From Candidatus Poribacteria bacterium (lineage in GTDB: Bacteria > Poribacteria > WGA-4E > WGA-3G): a stretch of 64,000 nucleotides of DNA. Both the position numbers and the translations under genes were made by a program. The stretch covers positions 96,001 to 160,000 of the forward strand of contig CBDBFU010000015.1 of the NCBI GenBank assembly GCA_965205025.1, written 5' to 3'. Positions 58,601 to 64,000 of this stretch are shown piece after piece. The notes beneath the pieces are model-generated. The model saw only the letters and a list, made by a program, of their open reading frames with translations, did no database searches and was not told where the DNA came from. Positions within the stretch are counted from its first letter, which is position 1; every line of letters begins with the position of its first letter.

Positions 58601-59368
58601 TTATTTCAAGGATTTCAGACTTCCCCATGTCGTAGAAATCTTATCTTTTGGATCCACAGGGGTAGCATTTGCTCCTAAATCCATCAATACTGCGATATCG
58701 TCTCCACTTAAAGCACGATTCCAAAGACGTACCTCGTCAATCATACCAGCAAACACATTATTCGCTCTATCACAATCTTGGGCAATTCGTAAAGGATCGT
58801 CAATTGACCTTAGTACGCCAGGAACATCACCCTCAGAGACGACTTCAGCATTAACATAGAGTTTTGCCATTTCACCGTCATTCGTAAAGGCTACATGAAG
58901 CCATTCATTAGTTGCTGGTAAATCAGCGTTAATATCGTTTCTTCCACTTTCAGTTTCAAATCGAAGTTTGAATGTGCCACCTTCACTGAATAAACCATAT
59001 TGTGCTCTTCCGCTACAACCACCGTGTACTGATTTTCCAACGATCTGACGTGTTCCATCCCAAGTTTCAGCATTAATCCATGCCATAAAGGTACATTCAT
59101 TAACATTCAGTGCATCAGTACTTTCCACAGTAACCCATGTTCCACTTCCTGCTCCACCAAATTTCAATGCACCACCAATTTTTCCATCAACCCAAGATGG
59201 ATTATCTATTTTCCCATCATGACCGTTGCCACTTAAATCCATTGCAACATCACCAGATCCTTCATCAAAAGAGAAATTTAGGACAAGACCAGCCGAATAA
59301 TCTGCAGATGAAAGTAAAGGGAATAACACAAAAAGGGATAATGTGACTACCATTATAACTCTATTCAT
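58601..59368 (-). CDS. Secreted LamG/concanavalin-A-like domain protein
   Basis: FSFDEGSG..DLSGNG, TFMAWI, WLHVAFT, GMIDEVRLWNRALS; C-terminal KISTTWGSLK. Confidence 0.9.
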   Translation of the reverse strand: MNRVIMVVTLSLFVLFPLLSSADYSAGLVLNFSFDEGSGDVAMDLSGNGHDGKIDNPSWVDGKIGGALKFGGAGSGTWVTVESTDALNVNECTFMAWINAETWDGTRQIVGKSVHGGCSGRAQYGLFSEGGTFKLRFETESGRNDINADLPATNEWLHVAFTNDGEMAKLYVNAEVVSEGDVPGVLRSIDDPLRIAQDCDRANNVFAGMIDEVRLWNRALSGDDIAVLMDLGANATPVDPKDKISTTWGSLKSLK

Positions 59369-59594
59369 TTTTAAAACTCCTTTCAGGTCTAAGTTTAAAC
59401 TAATTCTATCTATTTAATTTAAAGTTATCAAGTATAAATAACTAAAGTTCTGAAAAACATGGGTTTCCATCCAGAGATGGATTGCTTCTCAGTTGAGAAC
59501 TTTATGGAAATTCACATTTGTTATGAATTGGAGGACGGATCGTATAGATATAAATCCATCCTAACAAGAGAAATTACTATAACCTCAATAAAAA

Positions 59595-60431
59595 TTATTG
59601 AAACCGCTTAAGGTTTGCCCAAGTTGTTGACAGTTTACCTGAGGGTGAAACAGCAAGTGCATCATTTACCCCTTGGTCCATATAATTACTTATCTCTCTC
59701 TCAGATAGAGCACGATCCCATAAGCGTACTTCGTCAATCATCCCAGCAAAAACATTATTTGCTCTATCACAATCCTGTGCGATTCGCAGTGGATCTTCGT
59801 TGGCTTTTAGTTTACCGGGTACATTCCCTGCTTTTGCTTCTTTACCATCAATATAGATAATACCGTTGGTACCATCGTTAGTAAAGGCAACATGTACCCA
59901 TTTTTTAGTATCCGGTAGATCCATCACGATATCTGATCTTCCGCCTTCAGTCTCAAACCTGAGTTTGAAGGCACCACCCTCACTAAACAAGCCGTATTGA
60001 CCTCTTCCACTACATCCTCCATGGACAGATTTTCCAACAATTTGGCGTGTAGCATTCCAGTGTTCAGCAAAAACCCAAGCCATAAAAGTACATGTATCAA
60101 CATTTAATGCGTCTGTACTTTCAACGGTTACCCATGTACCACTTCCAGCACCGCTAAAATTTAATGCCTTATTAAATTTCCCATCTACCCATTCAGGTTT
60201 ATCTATTTTACCATCATGACCATTTCCGCTTATATCTTCGGCAACATCACCATCACCTTTATCGTAAGAATGATATAAGACTAATCCATCTGTAAATTCT
60301 GCTAATAGAGTGTCTGTAATTGTAAATACAGTAAAGACACACAATAATATCAATATCATTATTTTGTGAACATGTCGATACAATGTGGAACAACAGTAAC
60401 AATTAATCCCAAATTTTGTGATCGATTTCAC
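59595..60431 (-). CDS. Secreted LamG/concanavalin-A-like domain protein (paralogue)
   Basis: Same motifs; C-terminal KLSTTWANLK. Confidence 0.9.
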   Translation of the reverse strand: MKSITKFGINCYCCSTLYRHVHKIMILILLCVFTVFTITDTLLAEFTDGLVLYHSYDKGDGDVAEDISGNGHDGKIDKPEWVDGKFNKALNFSGAGSGTWVTVESTDALNVDTCTFMAWVFAEHWNATRQIVGKSVHGGCSGRGQYGLFSEGGAFKLRFETEGGRSDIVMDLPDTKKWVHVAFTNDGTNGIIYIDGKEAKAGNVPGKLKANEDPLRIAQDCDRANNVFAGMIDEVRLWDRALSEREISNYMDQGVNDALAVSPSGKLSTTWANLKRFQ

Positions 60432-60666
60432 GACAAAATACCTCCTTATGTATTAGATAATTTATATTATCAATTTGCAATTAATTTGTCAAGATATATC
60501 TAATATGTAATAGCAACAATTATTTTTTACAACAAATGAATTATTATTGTCTATAAATGTATTTGACATGTTTATGGATTATTAGAATGTGATATGATTA
60601 TTGGTTAATTTGGTTTCTATTCTTTTCAATCTTTGCTTTTGCCCAAGGACAAGTGTTAAAGCTTCA

Positions 60667-60805
60667 CAATCTGGAAAGCATCTTACAACATTAGATGGAC
60701 ATGTGGGTGCTATAACAAAAAGTCTGTTTTCTTCTGTTGATGAGATTTTAGCTACTGGTAGGTAGGAGGAATGATACTATACGGATATGGGATATTTCAA
60801 AGTAG
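60667..60805 (+). pseudogene. Remnant of one WD40 repeat
   Basis: QSGKHLTTLDGHVGAITKSLFSSVDEILATG [ggta duplication] ..NDTIRIWDISK*. Confidence 0.6.
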
Positions 60806-60821
60806 TATTTCTGTCAATTTA

Positions 60822-62759
60822 TCAAATAAATATCTTATATGTACGTAATCCTGAAAGTGGTCCTATAATTGCCCAGGTACTCCCTATCACATAATCACCC
60901 AAGATGAGACCTAAAAATAGTGGCGCAACCCGACGATGTAATCTTAATCCTCCATGTCGTAGGATCATATATTTTAAAAACCATGCTACGAAGAAAGCAA
61001 ACCAGAAATAATCCATTGCGAAACTAATAGCAAGAGCATAACCGGCTGGATGGAAGGGCCACCACAAGAAATGCATTCGCATATACATCATTACAAATGT
61101 TAACAAAGCCCCAATTCCCATAAATCCAATACCCACCATATTAGGTTCAGTCGGATTATGTAACCATCTTTGAAGTCTACCAAACGATTCTCTGCCAACC
61201 CAACCTTTAAACCCCCCTGCTTTCGCTATTGCCCCGTTTCTAAAGGTGATATCAAGGTTTGCCCAAAATGTTGCAATAATACCCACTACAATTGCTATTA
61301 ACATTGCCATCCATAAACGTCTGTTACTCATACCTGTGGATTCTGCTAACTTAAACGCTTCAATTTGGTTTGGCATCGGATGATTTCTATAACCACGATT
61401 AAACCAATAGAACAGTGACATTATTGTAAGACTACTAGTGTCAAATTGACGTGTTCCACCTACCATAGCCACCATATCATGTGGATTAACAAAATAGATT
61501 TCATGGGGTGTACCAAGCTCAGCACGTACACGTGTAATGGCAAAAGAGAGTAGGAAATATATCCCGAAGAAGATTCCTGCCACCCATAATGCCATACCTG
61601 CGATATTCGAAAAGATACCCAAAGCAATGATGGATCCAATTATACCTAAGACAGCAGTACGATACGGCATCGGTTCATTGGAATCATCCAATTCTGATTT
61701 AAGTCCGATAACTTTTTTAACTACCTCTATCAAATGACGTCGAGTAACCCAAATTGCTAAAAAGAACAGTGCCACCCAGGCACCATAAGCTTGCTCATTT
61801 AATGCAGGGAAATATCGTGTGCCGAGAGCAGCAGCAATCACATATTCTGCTAAGCGTACGACAAAGAAAAACCAACATGAAAATGAGAGATCTAACGGAA
61901 GGAAAAAGGCTAACCCTACTGCAAACGGATATACTGATAATCGTGTTCCACGAATCGCGCTCCATGGTCTGTCTGTAAATATATTTTGGAATGCAGCGGT
62001 ACGTTTGATATAAGGTATTTGAGGAAATTGAGGATAAAGATAATTAATGCCATTGATAACACCTATAGTGACAGCAATTGAAAACCCCACCCACATCATC
62101 CGATTCTTCAGGAGTCGATTACCACCATCCTCTGACAATCTCAAGGGTAATTGTATAATTGGATAAGCCAACTTCTCCTGTTCTGCCCACCGTTTTCGTA
62201 CAAGCGTATTGATGCATAACATCATAAACATCATGATGAGGAAGAACAAACCCCAGAATAGTAATGGTTTTAACCATACGAAGAAGTTGTGCTTTGTATA
62301 GAATGTGGCTTCCCCTTCATAGAATCCTCTTAAGCTCTGCGTATCTGATATGGTTAACCACGATGGTAAATACCGAAAGAATAGTGTTTGCCACTCATTT
62401 TCTTCTGTTGCGAACCGAAAAGGATGCGCGATACTACCAAACATATTCTGCATTGTGTCGTGTCCGGCAAAAGTACACGAAATTGCCACCATGATGTAAA
62501 CTGTTAACAGTTCACCTTGTTGTAGCATTCTTTGGGGGGCAATACGTTTTAAAAATATGTTTGCAACTATACAGACAAACATTATAAAAACAGGCTGGAT
62601 AAATAAAGGGAGACACGATCCATCAAGTGAGTAATATTTCACCTCAACAATCGTCATCCAGTATACATTGACAGGAATGAGTAAAATGCCTAAGAGAAGT
62701 GCACGTCCTGTAACACGGGTGGATGATTTTCTACTTACATGAGTGTTCATAGTATCCAA
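60822..62759 (-). CDS. DUF6785/DUF6784-type multi-pass membrane protein (putative peptide transporter)
   Basis: GELLTVY, RKRWAEQEKLAYPI, RVRAELG, WWPFHPAGY, LFLGLILGD; many TM helices. Confidence 0.75.
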   Translation of the reverse strand: MDTMNTHVSRKSSTRVTGRALLLGILLIPVNVYWMTIVEVKYYSLDGSCLPLFIQPVFIMFVCIVANIFLKRIAPQRMLQQGELLTVYIMVAISCTFAGHDTMQNMFGSIAHPFRFATEENEWQTLFFRYLPSWLTISDTQSLRGFYEGEATFYTKHNFFVWLKPLLFWGLFFLIMMFMMLCINTLVRKRWAEQEKLAYPIIQLPLRLSEDGGNRLLKNRMMWVGFSIAVTIGVINGINYLYPQFPQIPYIKRTAAFQNIFTDRPWSAIRGTRLSVYPFAVGLAFFLPLDLSFSCWFFFVVRLAEYVIAAALGTRYFPALNEQAYGAWVALFFLAIWVTRRHLIEVVKKVIGLKSELDDSNEPMPYRTAVLGIIGSIIALGIFSNIAGMALWVAGIFFGIYFLLSFAITRVRAELGTPHEIYFVNPHDMVAMVGGTRQFDTSSLTIMSLFYWFNRGYRNHPMPNQIEAFKLAESTGMSNRRLWMAMLIAIVVGIIATFWANLDITFRNGAIAKAGGFKGWVGRESFGRLQRWLHNPTEPNMVGIGFMGIGALLTFVMMYMRMHFLWWPFHPAGYALAISFAMDYFWFAFFVAWFLKYMILRHGGLRLHRRVAPLFLGLILGDYVIGSTWAIIGPLSGLRTYKIFI

Positions 62760-62779
62760 GATGGATCAGTTGAAAATTG

Positions 62780-64000
62780 CTAACGATACGTTTTTACTAT
62801 TTCTGAAATGACAGAACGTCTGTTTTTCCAATTCAAACGTGCAGGTGGGATTAGGTAAATTCCATCAATAGGGATGTGATTCTGATTTCTGATTTCTTTA
62901 ACAAGGTCTAAGGTCAACTGCATACCCAGTTCATTTCCTGCTGTATCTCCAAGGTCACGATATTTATCTACTATCAACTGTGGAATGTATAGACCTAAAT
63001 TATCCCGCAAATAGGAGGCACTACGATAACTTGTAAGGGGAAGAATACCATAAAGAAATTTTATATTAAGATGATTTGTTGCATTATGTGTACGGACAAT
63101 ATCCTCAAATGTCCAGACAGGTTGTGTATATGCAAATTTTGCACCTTCTGCCACTTTATTTTTTAGATGTTTAACATGTGGTTCAAGATTCTCAGCGATA
63201 GTGAAACCACCACCATAATAGAATCCACACGGTTCACCAATTGAAGAGCCATCTGCAAGTTCACCTTGGTTCAATCGACCAATAAGTTTCATCAGTTGTA
63301 CGGCACCACGTACATCAGGTACAAGACTCGCTGCCTCATAAGGTCCTGCTTTTGGATGATCTCCAGACAAGGCAACAATGCCTCGTATACCCAAAGCTTC
63401 TGCTTCTAATAGATGTGACTGAATGCTTATGAGATTACGGGAGCGTGTTGTCCAATGTATTAATGTAGGAATGTTCGTCGTCTGTTGGAGACGAAACGCA
63501 GTTGCAACTGCTCCTATATTTACAGCTGCACCAGAGTTATCGGTGACATCAAATAGATCAACACCAGTTGCAGCCATTACTTGTGCTTCCTTCAACAATG
63601 CGCGGTAACTGTGGAAATGTATTTGCACGCGTTTCTACACTAACTATTCTTTCCCGTGTTTTAAACACCTCTTCTACAGGATTATCTCTAAATGATTGAC
63701 GTGATGGAGTACTTTTTGGAAGAATAAAAATCCGAGGTTGTCGTCTAACGGGTTGTCTACCAGCAACCACAGCTTTGATTTTTGCTGTGTATTCGGGTGT
63801 AGTACCACAACAACCCCCTATCATGTTTGCGCCAAGGTTAATTAATTTCTGAACATAATCACTAAACGCATCTGCATCTACCGTATAGGAAACTGCAATT
63901 TCACCTTGTTCCACCCTTGGGTTACCTGCATTCGGTTGCACAACCAACGGACATTTAATGACAGGTGCGAGTAGTTCCATGGCTTGTACAAGATCGTGTG
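62780..64000 (-). CDS. Bifunctional homocysteine S-methyltransferase / methylenetetrahydrofolate reductase (YitJ-like), 3' part, with one frameshift near 63601-63611
   Basis: QPNAGNP, GGCCGTTPE (methyltransferase) in one frame; DVTDN, HWTTRSRN, SGD, AYTQP (MTHFR) in the next frame. Confidence 0.85.

Noticed and set aside
15-63608. Numerous 60-150-aa ORFs antisense to or overlapping well-supported genes
   Set aside because: These are shadow ORFs with no motifs or ribosome-binding sites.

Overview
This is an AT-rich bacterial chromosome segment, most likely Candidatus Poribacteria. That call is inferred from paired LamG proteins ending in a 'K-[IL]-STTW-xx-LK' motif, a DUF6785-type membrane protein and expanded trypsin-TPR paralogues. 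The backbone carries the 5' part of mfd, purF and purM, an orphan FliG-like gene, TonB plus three TonB-dependent receptors, three MacB-type permeases with one adaptor, several metabolic enzymes, a frameshifted SbcC/Rad50-like ATPase and a frameshifted YitJ-like methyltransferase/MTHFR. No rRNA, tRNA or true CRISPR array was recognised. The main unexplained structure is a 17.2-kb accessory region (32197-49415) bounded by 21-bp imperfect inverted repeats and a degenerate 10-bp direct repeat. It has no cognate integrase or transposase. A ~1-kb gene-less sibling at 18626-19669 shares its ends and a 39-bp palindromic module. The cargo includes an unannotated 48-aa Gly/Lys peptide gene, an IS-split gene, an FRG-TPR protein, a cryptic frameshifted YHYH-type motif, active and probably dead trypsin-TPR paralogues, a chimeric toxin-antitoxin pair and two candidate structured RNAs. 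Intergenic DNA is rich in nested MITE/REP-like palindromes. All protein family calls come from motif recognition by eye, not from database searches.
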